A stretch of 64,000 bases of DNA from Synergistales bacterium (GCA_963666205.1 OY762654.1:2624001-2688000); one strand, 5' to 3'; counted from the first letter of the stretch, positions 47,368-57,411 are shown. Translations and numbers: made by a program. Notes: generated by a model from the sequence alone, not told the origin.

Positions 47368-48744
47368 ATGGAAGCTGTAATGAGAATCAATGGAATAGTT
47401 AATGGTATCGTATGGGGTCCCTGGATGTTGACCCTTCTTGTGGGAACGGGAGTTTATCTTACTATTATCCTTGGTTTCCCACAGATTCGTTATTTTGGTT
47501 TTATGTTCAAAACAGTTTTCCGCAAGAAAAAGAAAGTAGAAGGAGAGGAAGGCAGTATATCTTCCTTCGCAGCACTTTCAACGGCTCTTGCTTCTACTAT
47601 AGGAACGGGCAACATCGCCGGTGTTGCTACAGCCCTTCACCTTGGAGGTCCAGGTGCTCTTTTCTGGATGCTCATTTCAGCAGTTTTCGGTATGACCACC
47701 AAATTTGCAGAAGTCACTCTGGCAGTCCACTTCCGCGACAAGGATGACCTTGGTAATATCCGCGGCGGTACCATGTACATGCTCGAAAAGGGAACTGGCC
47801 AGAAATGGCTTGCATGGCTCTTTGCCTTTTTCACTACCTTTGCCGCCTTTGGCATAGGTAATGCTATCCAGGCCAACTCAACTGCCGAGGGACTTAACCT
47901 CGGTTTCGGTATTCCTCACGTTGCTACCGGTATTGTGATGGCAATCCTTACAGCGTTGGTAATTTACGGAGGATTGAAGAGGATTTCTGAAGTTACAACC
48001 TATCTTGTGCCCGTAATGGCTGTTTTTTATATCATTGGTGCCGTCATTACAGTGGGACTCCATTCAAACCTTATAATTCCTTCCCTTGCAAGGGCAGTCA
48101 AATATGCTATCAGTGACCCCATGGCTATGCCGGGTGCATTGGCGGGATGGAGCATCAAGCTGGCTCTGACAAAGGGCATAGCGAGAGGGGTATTCTCAAA
48201 CGAAGCAGGCCTGGGTTCTGCTCCTCTTGTCCATGCTACTGCTGAAGTCGACCATCCTGTACGTCAGGGTGTCTATGGTCTCTTTGAAGTCTTTGCAGAT
48301 ACCATTGTTATCTGTACCCTTACCGCCCTCGCAATACTTACTACCGGGGTTCTTACCAACAATCCAGACCTTACAGGTGCTCAGCTTACTCTCTCTGCGT
48401 TCCAGATCGTCCTCGGCAATACCGGGGTAATGATCCTCTCTGTAGGTCTTTCCATGTTCGCATTCTCAACAGTCTTGGGTTGGTACTGGTATGGAGAAAC
48501 AGGAGCTGTCTATATCTTCGGTACAAAGGTTATTCCTGTTTACAAGATCCTCTGGGTTATCGTTATCGTAATCGGTGCCTGGGGAGGAGGCGGAGCTTTC
48601 CTTTCCAACATCTGGAATATGTCCGATACCATGAACGGTCTAATGGCGGCACCTAACCTTATTGCTCTGTTATGGCTGTCAGGTAAACTCCGTGAACTGG
48701 TTAAGGATTTTGATGCAAAACGTAAATCAGGAGAACTTGAATAA
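47368..48744 (+). CDS. Alanine/glycine:cation symporter (AGCS family)
   Basis: ALASTIGTGNIAGVA, GGPGALFWM, GIGNAIQ, RGVFSNEAGLGSAP, EVFADTIVICT. Confidence 0.95.
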   Translation: MEAVMRINGIVNGIVWGPWMLTLLVGTGVYLTIILGFPQIRYFGFMFKTVFRKKKKVEGEEGSISSFAALSTALASTIGTGNIAGVATALHLGGPGALFWMLISAVFGMTTKFAEVTLAVHFRDKDDLGNIRGGTMYMLEKGTGQKWLAWLFAFFTTFAAFGIGNAIQANSTAEGLNLGFGIPHVATGIVMAILTALVIYGGLKRISEVTTYLVPVMAVFYIIGAVITVGLHSNLIIPSLARAVKYAISDPMAMPGALAGWSIKLALTKGIARGVFSNEAGLGSAPLVHATAEVDHPVRQGVYGLFEVFADTIVICTLTALAILTTGVLTNNPDLTGAQLTLSAFQIVLGNTGVMILSVGLSMFAFSTVLGWYWYGETGAVYIFGTKVIPVYKILWVIVIVIGAWGGGGAFLSNIWNMSDTMNGLMAAPNLIALLWLSGKLRELVKDFDAKRKSGELE

Positions 48745-48854
48745 GAACGATCTTCCCGGTCCCTGAAAAATAGATCCTGAAATTTCTTTTTTCGGCTATC
48801 CCCACAGGGCGGAGGATGTTACCTCCGCCCTTCCTTATGAAAGGGTGATATATT

Positions 48855-49973
48855 TTGACGTATCGCTTAACAAGAATGGAAGTTAACCTTGGCAATATAA
48901 GACATAATTTCAGGGCTATACAGAAACATGTAGGAAGTGGTCCTCAAATAATGGCAGTTCTTAAGGCCGATGCCTATGGCCATGGAGTTATTCCTGTTTC
49001 CAGGGCACTCCTTGAAGAGGGATGTCAGAGATTTGCTGTTGCCACACCGGACGAAGCTCTTGAACTCAGAGAAGCGGGGATTAATGAACCCCTTCTGGTC
49101 CTCGGCCCATCTCCCTGTAGTGTTGCCAGGGAATATGTAAAACTGAATATTAGTGCTGCCTTCACAGACCTTGATTTTGCAAGAGCCATGAGTGCAGCTG
49201 CATTGCAGGAAGGCAAACCGGCCCTTCTGCATATGAAGATAGATACTGGAATGGGACGTATCGGATTCTTGCCCGAAGAAGTCCCGAATGTTATGAACGA
49301 AATCTCATCCATTCCTGGTATTGAACTTGAAGGCCTGTTTACACACTTTGCAACTGCTGATGAAGTCAGACTTGATTATACTGAAACCCAATTCAGGAAA
49401 TACACACAAGTTCTAAACCTTCTGGAGGATAAGGGTTTTAAGGTTCCCCTACGCCATGTCTGTAATAGTGCCGGTACCCTCAACTCGCCCGAAAAATATC
49501 TGGATGCAGTAAGACCAGGGGTCATCCTGTATGGAATGTGGCCCTCTGCAGAATGTATAAGACCCATTGAGCTCAAACCCACCTTTGAGGTGAAAACTGC
49601 AGTCTCTCTGGTCAGGGATCTGCCCTCAAGGAGTGGAATAGGTTATGGGCTTAAATACATGACAAGGGGAAACGAAAAGACTGCAGTTCTCCCCTTAGGC
49701 TATGCAGACGGTTTCTCACGTGCTCTCTCAATGAAAGTGGATGTACTTATCCACGGCAGACGTGTTCCCATATGTGGAAATATCTGTATGGACCAGACCA
49801 TGGTCAATATTACTTCCATACCAGATGTAAAGGTGGGGGATGAAGTTGTGATCGTAGGGCGCCAGGGAGATGAATTGATAACTCCTGAAGAAATAGCATC
49901 TGCCAGGAATACGATAAACTATGAAGTACCTATAATGTTTCTTAAACGAGTTCCAAGGGTCTACATCGATTGA
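48855..49973 (+). CDS. alr: Alanine racemase
   Basis: AVLKADAYGHG, HMKIDTGMGRIG, THFATAD, RPGVILYG, GYG, LGYADG, ICMDQ, TINYE. Confidence 0.96.
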   Translation: MTYRLTRMEVNLGNIRHNFRAIQKHVGSGPQIMAVLKADAYGHGVIPVSRALLEEGCQRFAVATPDEALELREAGINEPLLVLGPSPCSVAREYVKLNISAAFTDLDFARAMSAAALQEGKPALLHMKIDTGMGRIGFLPEEVPNVMNEISSIPGIELEGLFTHFATADEVRLDYTETQFRKYTQVLNLLEDKGFKVPLRHVCNSAGTLNSPEKYLDAVRPGVILYGMWPSAECIRPIELKPTFEVKTAVSLVRDLPSRSGIGYGLKYMTRGNEKTAVLPLGYADGFSRALSMKVDVLIHGRRVPICGNICMDQTMVNITSIPDVKVGDEVVIVGRQGDELITPEEIASARNTINYEVPIMFLKRVPRVYID

Positions 49974-49989
49974 TTCATTTCAGATTATC

Positions 49990-50017
49990 AGGCGGTCCCC
50001 AACAGGGACCGCCTTTT
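49990..50017 (+). terminator. Intrinsic terminator after alr
   Basis: AGGCGGTCCC-CAACA-GGGACCGCCTTTT. Confidence 0.8.
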
Positions 50018-50083
50018 CATTATGTAATTCTCAGCAGGAATCGTTATATAATATACGTTCAGTAGAGAAAGGAGGAACAGAAT

Positions 50084-52021
50084 ATGTTCCCTGATAAAAT
50101 TACCCTAACGGATTTTCCGACAGAAGATCTTTCTCAGGATCAGATAGATATTCTGTCCGAGGCGGCACGAAAGTGCAGAGCCATGGCAGTTACCATGACT
50201 ACAGTTGCAGGTAGTGGTCATCCTGCAGGTTCTCTTTCCAGTATGGAAATGTATATTATGACCTACAGTGTTGCAGATTTATCTCCCCTCAACTTCAGAT
50301 CCCGGGACAGGGATTACGTAGTGGTAAGTCATGGTCATACTTCTCCGGGAGCCTATTCAGCCCTTTCCTATTATGGTTTTGTGGACCCATGGGATGTAAT
50401 GGCTCATTTCAGACAGGCAGGGAGCCCTTTTCAAGGGCATGTTGAAAGGGAAGTTCCTGGTATAGACTGGGGAACGGGTAACCTGGGTCAGGGATTGTCT
50501 GCAGGCGTGGGTTTCGCCCTTTCTCAGAAAAGCAAGGGGTATGATGGCAGGGTCTTTGTCCTTTCAAGTGACGGAGAACAGACTAAAGGACAGATTGCTG
50601 AGGCTAGGCGAATAGCGGTAAAGCAGGGATTGTCCAATCTTACTGTTCTGATCGATTACAACCATATTCAGATTTCCGGACGTACTGAGGAAATAATGCA
50701 GGCTGATCTCAGGCTTCTATGGAAGGCTGATGGCTGGGATGTTCTTGAGTGTGACGGTCACAGCTTCAGAGACATTTATTCTTCCCTTTTACAGGCATCG
50801 GGATCGGAAGTACCCACAGTAATTCTCTGTCATACCACTATGGGTAAAGGCGTTTCTTTCATGGAGAATATTCCTGAATATCATGGAAAGGCCGTTTCTG
50901 GTGAGCTATACCTGCAGGCATTGAAGGAGCTTGGAGAAGACCCGGGTATTCTTGAGAAAGCCGTTGATCTCAGGTCAGGTTCCTTCCCTCCCGGAATTAA
51001 GCTCTCCATGCCAGCGATCAACCTCGTTTCTCCTGATCCGGTTGATTATCCTTCGGATACAAAAACAGACAACAGGTCAGCTTTTGGAAAAGCGCTGTCT
51101 GATGTTGGTATCTTAAATTATAAGTTTCCCGGGAGGACTCCTATACTTGTTTTTGATTGTGATCTTGCCAGTTCCGTCAAAACATTGTCCTTTGCAGAAA
51201 GCTGCCCTGAATGGTTTATTCAGGCAGGTATACAGGAACATTCTGTAGCTACAGTTGCCGGTGCTGCTTCTGCAGGAGGGGTTGTAAGCCTGTGGGCAGA
51301 CTTTGGTGTTTTTGGCCTCTGTGAAGCCTACAATCAGCAGCGCCTCAATGATATTAACAACTCCAATCTAAAGCTGGTTCTTACCCATGTTGGTCTTGAT
51401 GTAGGAGAGGATGGGATGACCCATCAGTGTATCGATTATGTTGGTCTTCTCAGAAATACCTTTGGCTGGAAACTTGTCGTGCCTGCAGATCCTAATCAGA
51501 CTGATCGTATAACACGGTGGTCCATCTGTGAGAGAGGAAATATCTGTTTAGCAATGGGCAGAAGCAAGACCGATATTATTACTGATGAAGATGGTATCCC
51601 CTGTTTTTCCGGAAAATATGCCTTTACATATGGCCGTTATGACCTTGTCAGAAATGGAACCTCAGGTGCTATTCTTGCTATGGGAAGTATGTTTCCCAAG
51701 GCTTTCAAAGCATGGCAGATCCTTAAAAACATGGGGATTGAAGTGAAGCTTTACAACGTTTCATGTCCTCTTGAAGTGGACTTAGACTCATTGAAGGAAG
51801 CCGCATCGACAGGAGCGATCATTACTTGTGAAGACCATAATGTCAATAGCGGTATGGGTTCCATTGTTGCCTCAAAGATGGCATCTCTTGGTTTGCAATC
51901 CAGGATCGTTTCAATGGGAGTTCACAGATACGGGACTTCCGGAGCTTCCTCTGAAGTCTTTAAGCATATGGGGCTTGATGTAGACGACATAGTTCTTCAG
52001 ATGCAGCTTCTCCTCAGATAA
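50084..52021 (+). CDS. tkt: Transketolase
   Basis: SGHPAGSLS, SHGH, GNLGQGLS, SDGE..GQ..N, GIQEH, VGEDGMTHQ. Confidence 0.92.
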   Translation: MFPDKITLTDFPTEDLSQDQIDILSEAARKCRAMAVTMTTVAGSGHPAGSLSSMEMYIMTYSVADLSPLNFRSRDRDYVVVSHGHTSPGAYSALSYYGFVDPWDVMAHFRQAGSPFQGHVEREVPGIDWGTGNLGQGLSAGVGFALSQKSKGYDGRVFVLSSDGEQTKGQIAEARRIAVKQGLSNLTVLIDYNHIQISGRTEEIMQADLRLLWKADGWDVLECDGHSFRDIYSSLLQASGSEVPTVILCHTTMGKGVSFMENIPEYHGKAVSGELYLQALKELGEDPGILEKAVDLRSGSFPPGIKLSMPAINLVSPDPVDYPSDTKTDNRSAFGKALSDVGILNYKFPGRTPILVFDCDLASSVKTLSFAESCPEWFIQAGIQEHSVATVAGAASAGGVVSLWADFGVFGLCEAYNQQRLNDINNSNLKLVLTHVGLDVGEDGMTHQCIDYVGLLRNTFGWKLVVPADPNQTDRITRWSICERGNICLAMGRSKTDIITDEDGIPCFSGKYAFTYGRYDLVRNGTSGAILAMGSMFPKAFKAWQILKNMGIEVKLYNVSCPLEVDLDSLKEAASTGAIITCEDHNVNSGMGSIVASKMASLGLQSRIVSMGVHRYGTSGASSEVFKHMGLDVDDIVLQMQLLLR

Positions 52022-52129
52022 GCGGGAGGTCTTGACTGGAAACCTGCCTGTTTTTACTAACACTCTCGGATCAGATATCATGGTCTGAAAGAGTTCAGTT
52101 GCGGACTTGATGAAATGAGAGGGTTTGTG

Positions 52130-52684
52130 ATGGGAAATATCCTTTTACACGTCTGCTGTGCTCCTGATGGTACTGTTCCTTTCCTGGAACTTGCGTCAGG
52201 ACGGAATAACGTTATCGGTTTTTTTTATGGAAATAACATTCATCCATACGAAGAATTTCTCAAAAGGAAAGAAGCAGCTGTTCGCCTTGCAGAGTTCATG
52301 AATGTAAAGTTCATAATAAATGATTATGAACCTGAACTCTGGATCAATGCTACTCTGAAATATTCTTCGCAACCGGAAGGTGGCAAACGGTGCCCCCTTT
52401 GTTTTAAACTTCAACTGGAGTCAAGTGCAGAGGCTGCATTGAACCTCAACTGTCAATTTCTGAGTACAACTCTGACCATAAGTCCCCATAAAGACCCAGG
52501 TCTTATAAATAGTATCGGGAAAGAAGTTGCTTCACGTTATGGATTGACCTGGGTTGAAAAAATATGGAGAAAAAATGATGGATTTAAGCGGTCGGTAAAT
52601 CTTAGCAGAAAAATCGGCCTTTACCGCCAGACATATTGTGGATGTATTTACAGCTTTAGAGGAGATGAACTTTCAGATGAATGA
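52130..52684 (+). CDS. queH: Epoxyqueuosine reductase QueH
   Basis: LLHVCCAPD, NNIHPYEE, EGGKRCPLC, TTLTISPHK, YRQTYCGCIYS. Confidence 0.93.
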   Translation: MGNILLHVCCAPDGTVPFLELASGRNNVIGFFYGNNIHPYEEFLKRKEAAVRLAEFMNVKFIINDYEPELWINATLKYSSQPEGGKRCPLCFKLQLESSAEAALNLNCQFLSTTLTISPHKDPGLINSIGKEVASRYGLTWVEKIWRKNDGFKRSVNLSRKIGLYRQTYCGCIYSFRGDELSDE

Positions 52685-53654
52685 CACTATTCCTGTACCG
52701 GTAGGGAAATTACCACCCCGGATTCTTCAAGAGAGAATTCTTGGTTTCTCTGGTTTTAAAAGGCCCGAAGTCCTGGTAGGTCCAGGCGTGGGGGAGGATG
52801 CATGTATCATTGATCTTCCGGGTGATAAATATACTGTTGTGGCTTCTGATCCTATCGTAGGTGCCTCCGAGGGAGCGGGAAGGCTGCTTGTTCATGTAAA
52901 TGTCAATGACATAGCCTGCAAGGGCGGGGATCCGGCATATTTCATGGTAACCCTTATAATTCCGGTTTCCATGGGTCTTGCATTTGCAGAAAAAATAATG
53001 TCTGAGATCGATGCAGTTTGTCGAGATCTTAAAATAGCGATAATTGGAGGCCATACAGAGTTTACAGATCGTTACGATAAACCTGTAATAGTGGGTACTG
53101 TTGTTGGTAGTACCTCTTTCCTTTATCAAGCGGGATCACTGGTTCCCGGAGATGTGCTGATAATGACAAAACATGCAGGTCTTGAAGGAATGTCCATTCT
53201 GGCAAATGACAGACCTGACCTTATTTCCCCTGTGGTTACTCCTGAAGAGTTGCAGGAGATCCTTTCATGGGTTTCAGATCTTTCTATTTATCCAGAGTCT
53301 ATTCTGGTCCGTAATAATGTCAAGTTTATGCATGACCCCACAGAAGGAGGTCTCAAGGGCGGACTGGCCGAGATAGCAAGGCTCAGTGGACTGGGTATAG
53401 AGCTTGATCATGATGCCATTCCAGTTCATCCTCTAACGAGAAAAGTCCAAGAACATCTTGGTTTCGACGTTTATCACCTCATATCTTCGGGAGTCCTTGT
53501 GATGGTGGTAGACAGGGAAAAGAGTTCCATTGTCCTTGAAAGTCTCAGGAACGCAGGGATAGAAGCCTCTGCCATTGGCAGTATGGTTCTGAAAAGCGAA
53601 GCAAAATGTGAGCTGACTTCCGAGGAAGAACTATGGAGGGTTCTGGCACTTTAA
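52677..53654 (+). CDS. AIR synthase (PurM/HypE superfamily)-related protein
   Basis: VGKLPP, GPGVGEDA, SDPIVGA, NVNDIA, GGHTE, MHDPTEGG, LISSG. Confidence 0.88.
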   Translation: MNDTIPVPVGKLPPRILQERILGFSGFKRPEVLVGPGVGEDACIIDLPGDKYTVVASDPIVGASEGAGRLLVHVNVNDIACKGGDPAYFMVTLIIPVSMGLAFAEKIMSEIDAVCRDLKIAIIGGHTEFTDRYDKPVIVGTVVGSTSFLYQAGSLVPGDVLIMTKHAGLEGMSILANDRPDLISPVVTPEELQEILSWVSDLSIYPESILVRNNVKFMHDPTEGGLKGGLAEIARLSGLGIELDHDAIPVHPLTRKVQEHLGFDVYHLISSGVLVMVVDREKSSIVLESLRNAGIEASAIGSMVLKSEAKCELTSEEELWRVLAL

Positions 53655-53670
53655 GGAGAGGGGCATTGAA

Positions 53671-54771
53671 ATGGATTTCCAGAGAATATCTGAAAGGATT
53701 ATAAAACTGAGGCATATCTTGTCTAAAAGGGAAGTAGATGCCTTTTTTCTTATGGTAACAGAAGGTTATAACTGGGAGAGCGCTTATTATATTTCAGGTT
53801 TCAGGGGAAGTAGCTGTTCCATTCTGGTATCAAATGACGACTCTGTTCTTATCACTGATGGAAGATATCTGAAACAGGCTGGAGACCAGACTCCCTTTTC
53901 AATCGTAGACCAGGCAGGAAGATCTATGACTAGTGTTGTTATGGAAGAGATCAATAAGTCAGGTCTTCAGAATATCGGATTTGAGTCTGACCGGATAACC
54001 TTAAGTCAGTATAAAGAACTTTCAGTTTCAGGGAATCAATGGAGAGACCTTAAAGGAGTCATTCCTCAAATGAGACGTTCCAAGGATGAGATTGAAATTC
54101 TGCTCATCCGGAAAGCGGCCGAAATTGCCCTTGCAGCCTTTGAAAAGACACTTAAAAGTGCTTATGAAGGGATGAAGGAACAGGAATTTTCAAATTGGCT
54201 GGAATTCAACATGAAAGATCTTGGAGCCGAAGGCGGCTGGCCTGGCCATTGCTTCATCGTTGCTTCCGGTCCAAGAAGCGCCTTGCCCCATGGAGTTCCA
54301 ACAACAAGAGAATTTACCAGGGGCGATTGGGTTACAGTAGATTTCGGGGCTGCTTTCAAAGGATATTTGAGTGATATTACAAAGAATTTTATTATTGGAG
54401 ATCCCACTGAGGAGGCTCAAAGGATCCATTCCGTTCTTTACGAAGCCCATATAAAAGCTGCGGAAAGCCTCAAGCCGGGAGTGACAGGAAAAGATGTGGA
54501 TGCCTTGGCAAGAGACGTGATAAAGAAAGCTGGTTATGAAAAATATTTTACCCATGGTCTGGGCCACTCCTTCGGTCTGGAAATACATGAAAGGCCGAGA
54601 CTTTCCTTTACATCAGATGATGTCCTGATGGCCGGAGATGTTGTTACCATTGAACCGGGGATATATATTGAAGGTCTTGGAGGCATGAGAATAGAGGATG
54701 ATTACCTTGTTACACCGGAAGGCTGCATATGTCTTACCGGTGGACCGGATAAGGATCTGAGATCTATCTGA
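53671..54771 (+). CDS. Xaa-Pro peptidase (M24 family)
   Basis: LITDGRY, SALPHG, VDFGA..GYLSD, HGLGHSFGLEIHE, TIEPGIY, RIEDD. Confidence 0.94.
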   Translation: MDFQRISERIIKLRHILSKREVDAFFLMVTEGYNWESAYYISGFRGSSCSILVSNDDSVLITDGRYLKQAGDQTPFSIVDQAGRSMTSVVMEEINKSGLQNIGFESDRITLSQYKELSVSGNQWRDLKGVIPQMRRSKDEIEILLIRKAAEIALAAFEKTLKSAYEGMKEQEFSNWLEFNMKDLGAEGGWPGHCFIVASGPRSALPHGVPTTREFTRGDWVTVDFGAAFKGYLSDITKNFIIGDPTEEAQRIHSVLYEAHIKAAESLKPGVTGKDVDALARDVIKKAGYEKYFTHGLGHSFGLEIHERPRLSFTSDDVLMAGDVVTIEPGIYIEGLGGMRIEDDYLVTPEGCICLTGGPDKDLRSI

Positions 54772-54806
54772 TCCCCTGATGTTAAAGAGTCCTTTTCGTG
54801 TTGCCA

Positions 54807-54835
54807 TTGTGCAGAGTCAGTCTAGTGTATATAAT
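54807..54835 (+). promoter_or_regulatory. Promoter of rubredoxin gene
   Basis: TTGTGC-N17-TATAAT. Confidence 0.55.
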
Positions 54836-54866
54836 TATGATAGATTATTAGAAAGGAGGAGATATA

Positions 54867-55025
54867 ATGGAAAAGTATCGTTGCACCGTCTGCGGATATG
54901 TCTATGATCCATCAGAGGGAGATCCTGATAATGGTGTAGCTGCCGGAACCTCCTGGGAAGATGTTCCTGATGAATGGCTTTGCCCTGTTTGTGCTGTGGG
55001 TAAGGATATGTTTGAACCAGAATAG
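54867..55025 (+). CDS. Rubredoxin (52 aa, absent from ORF track)
   Basis: Manual translation [61 protein letters not shown]. Confidence 0.97.
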   Translation: MEKYRCTVCGYVYDPSEGDPDNGVAAGTSWEDVPDEWLCPVCAVGKDMFEPE

Positions 55026-55041
55026 GAAAACTGATCGTGAT

Positions 55042-55090
55042 AAATTACATACAAAAAAGGGGGGAAATCCCCCTTTTTTGTATGTAATTT
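55042..55090. terminator. 22-bp perfect inverted repeat terminator after rubredoxin
   Basis: AAATTACATACAAAAAAGGGGG-GAAAT-CCCCCTTTTTTGTATGTAATTT. Confidence 0.8.
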
Positions 55091-55092
55091 TC

Positions 55093-55120
55093 TTGACAGG
55101 TAATTCCTTCAGCTTATAAT
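55093..55120 (+). promoter_or_regulatory. Consensus sigma70 promoter of amino-acid binding protein gene
   Basis: TTGACA-N16-TATAAT. Confidence 0.75.
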
Positions 55121-55215
55121 GAACATTGCGACACGTAAAACGAGTAAATAAAACAATGGTTTACTATATGCATTCATCGTTGTTTCAAGATAAAAAATCT
55201 TTAGGAGGTCTTCCA

Positions 55216-55977
55216 ATGTTCAGAAAAGTTGTGTGTTTTGCCTTTGTTGCAATGTTGATGGTTGTTGGTTCTGCCGCTTTTGGGGCATCTGCTCTTGACT
55301 CTGATGTATTGATAGTGGGTACGGAATCGACCTTCAGACCCTTTGAATTTAGAAGTGCGGACAATGAAATTGTTGGTTTTGATATGGATCTAGCGAGGAA
55401 GATTGGGGATAAACTTGGAAAAGAGGTAAAAATCGTCGATATGGCCTTTGATGCTCTTATTCCATCCATACTTACAAAGAAGATCCATATTGTTGCTGCG
55501 GGCATGAGCAACACTCCTGAAAGGGCAAAGAAAGTCGCTTTTTCAGATTCCTACTATTCCACACCTGATTCCTTTATAGTAAAGAGCGAGAATGATAATA
55601 TAAAGGGGATTGGAGATCTTGCTGGAAAAACCTGTTCTGTTCAGCTGGGTACTATACAGGACGGATTTGTTTCAGGTCTGAAGGATCTGGAAATCAAAAG
55701 ATTTTCTAAAACCGATGATGCCTTGAGAGAAGTACTTCTCGGAAGAGTTGATTTTGCTGTTGTTGACAGCACTGTTGCCTCTGAAAACCTTAAGTCCAAT
55801 AAAGATTTTGCTGGAAAACTGAAGATCGCATTTAATCACAAGATAGGCAGTTCAGCTATGGCTCTGGCAATGAACAGGGAAGATACGAAGTTTGTTGAAG
55901 CTGTTAATATAGCACTCAGGGAACTCAAAGAAGATGGAACCCTCGAAATGCTAGAAAAGAAGTGGCTTTCCAACTAG
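55216..55977 (+). CDS. Polar amino acid ABC transporter substrate-binding protein (SBP family 3)
   Basis: Signal peptide, VGTESTFRPFEF, VGFDMDL, FDALIPS, AGMSNTPERAK, VQLGT; ATG after SD AGGAGG. Confidence 0.93.
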   Translation: MFRKVVCFAFVAMLMVVGSAAFGASALDSDVLIVGTESTFRPFEFRSADNEIVGFDMDLARKIGDKLGKEVKIVDMAFDALIPSILTKKIHIVAAGMSNTPERAKKVAFSDSYYSTPDSFIVKSENDNIKGIGDLAGKTCSVQLGTIQDGFVSGLKDLEIKRFSKTDDALREVLLGRVDFAVVDSTVASENLKSNKDFAGKLKIAFNHKIGSSAMALAMNREDTKFVEAVNIALRELKEDGTLEMLEKKWLSN

Positions 55978-56010
55978 AAGATCCAAGCTGTTTCAAAGAA
56001 ATCATTAGAT

Positions 56011-56047
56011 AAAAGGGACAGGATATTTTTCCTGCCCCTTTTCTTTT
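56011..56047 (+). terminator. Intrinsic terminator after SBP gene
   Basis: AAAAGGGACAGGA..TCCTGCCCCTTTT then T-rich. Confidence 0.65.
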
Positions 56048-56150
56048 GGCTTTTTGATGTTTGTGTCTTCAGATAGATCGTATAGCATTTTCTTTGATGT
56101 CAATGGGGGTATAATAGTCCTGATGATATAGATAGGGAGAGTGTTTTAAC

Positions 56151-56444
56151 ATGGATGAAGACAAAAAATCAGCCTTTGAACATTTTAAGGAGTGGTTTGG
56201 AGCATTCTCATATGGAGTCTTTGTAGATAAACGAATGGGGGTTGTCCGAAAAGAAGCCTTTGACCAGTATGACAATCTTATGCTTCTTCTCTTCAGTGAC
56301 TTTCTGGGAATTCCCAACCCTATTTCTTACTACATGCTTGAACTTTTACCCTACATGGCTGATGAACTGGTTCCATGGGAACGAAGGATCCAGAACAGAA
56401 AATTCATCGTGGCAGAAAAAGCTGCCCAATATGACTTTGACTAA
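56151..56444 (+). CDS. Small conserved protein resembling the cory-CC-star family (usually between CstA and ArsA-like genes)
   Basis: DNLMLLLFSDFLGIPNPISYYMLELLPY..W.RR motif; directly upstream of ArsA-like ATPase. Confidence 0.7.
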   Translation: MDEDKKSAFEHFKEWFGAFSYGVFVDKRMGVVRKEAFDQYDNLMLLLFSDFLGIPNPISYYMLELLPYMADELVPWERRIQNRKFIVAEKAAQYDFD

Positions 56445-56457
56445 GGAGTATGGATCA

Positions 56458-57411
56458 ATGAAGGGAAAAGTTTTTCGTAAATTTGTTTTTTTTGGCGGCA
56501 AAGGCGGAACGGGCAAGACTACCTGTGCTGGGGCCTATGCCTTGAAAATGGCTAATGAGGGTTACAAGGCTCTCGTTATTTCTACCGATCCCGCACATTC
56601 TCTTGCAGATGCCTTCGGTTCATCCATAGGACCGGATATTGTTCCTGTAGCTCATAATCTCTGGGGCATTGAAATTGATGCTGAGCTGGAAGCCAAAAAA
56701 TATATGAAGTCCATACAGGACCAGATGTTGAACCTTGTCAGTGCTGTTATTGTGGAGGAGATCAAACGACAGCTTGAGATAGCCTATATGTCGCCGGGAG
56801 CAGAAGAGGCTGCTATTTTTGACAAGTTTATAGAAATTATGGGGCTCATTGATAATCCATATGATGTTATAGTCTTTGATACTGCTCCTACGGGCCATAC
56901 ACTTCGTCTCCTTACTTTACCGGAGATTCTGGGAGCATGGATCGATCATCTCATTGACCGCCATATGAACGCAAGGCAGCTTATGAAAATGTCAGCACGG
57001 TATGACAAGATAATGAAAAAGAAACTTGAAGATGATCCCATAGTCGATGTGCTTATGAAAAGAAAAAACAAGTTCGAGTTTGCCCGAAAAATCCTTACAG
57101 ATGGAGATTCGTGCGAATTTATCTTTGTTCTGAATGCTGAAAAAATGCCCATCCTGGAAACTGAGAGAGCGATAACGATACTTAAGACTTTTTCCATTCC
57201 GGTTGGTGGAGTAGTGGTGAACAGGGTGATACCTCCAGAAGCTGGTGCATTCTTTGAAAAGAGAAGACAGGCTCAGGAAGAGTATCTCCAGGATATAGAT
57301 AAAAGGTTCGGCTACCTCAGCATAGTGAGATTACCCATGTTGGAAACTGATATCCAGGGAATGGAGCAGATGGAAACTGTAGCGAAAATCATGACAGATC
57401 TGGATAGATAA
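56458..57411 (+). CDS. ArsA/Get3(TRC40)-family ATPase, single-domain
   Basis: FGGKGGTGKTT, STDPAHSL, SPGAEE, FDTAPTGHTLRLL, VVNRV. Confidence 0.93.
   Translation: MKGKVFRKFVFFGGKGGTGKTTCAGAYALKMANEGYKALVISTDPAHSLADAFGSSIGPDIVPVAHNLWGIEIDAELEAKKYMKSIQDQMLNLVSAVIVEEIKRQLEIAYMSPGAEEAAIFDKFIEIMGLIDNPYDVIVFDTAPTGHTLRLLTLPEILGAWIDHLIDRHMNARQLMKMSARYDKIMKKKLEDDPIVDVLMKRKNKFEFARKILTDGDSCEFIFVLNAEKMPILETERAITILKTFSIPVGGVVVNRVIPPEAGAFFEKRRQAQEEYLQDIDKRFGYLSIVRLPMLETDIQGMEQMETVAKIMTDLDR

Noticed and set aside
56242-56457. N-terminal extension of the ArsA-like ORF in the track
   Set aside because: Overlaps the 97-aa gene; the real start is ATG 56458 after SD AAGGAG
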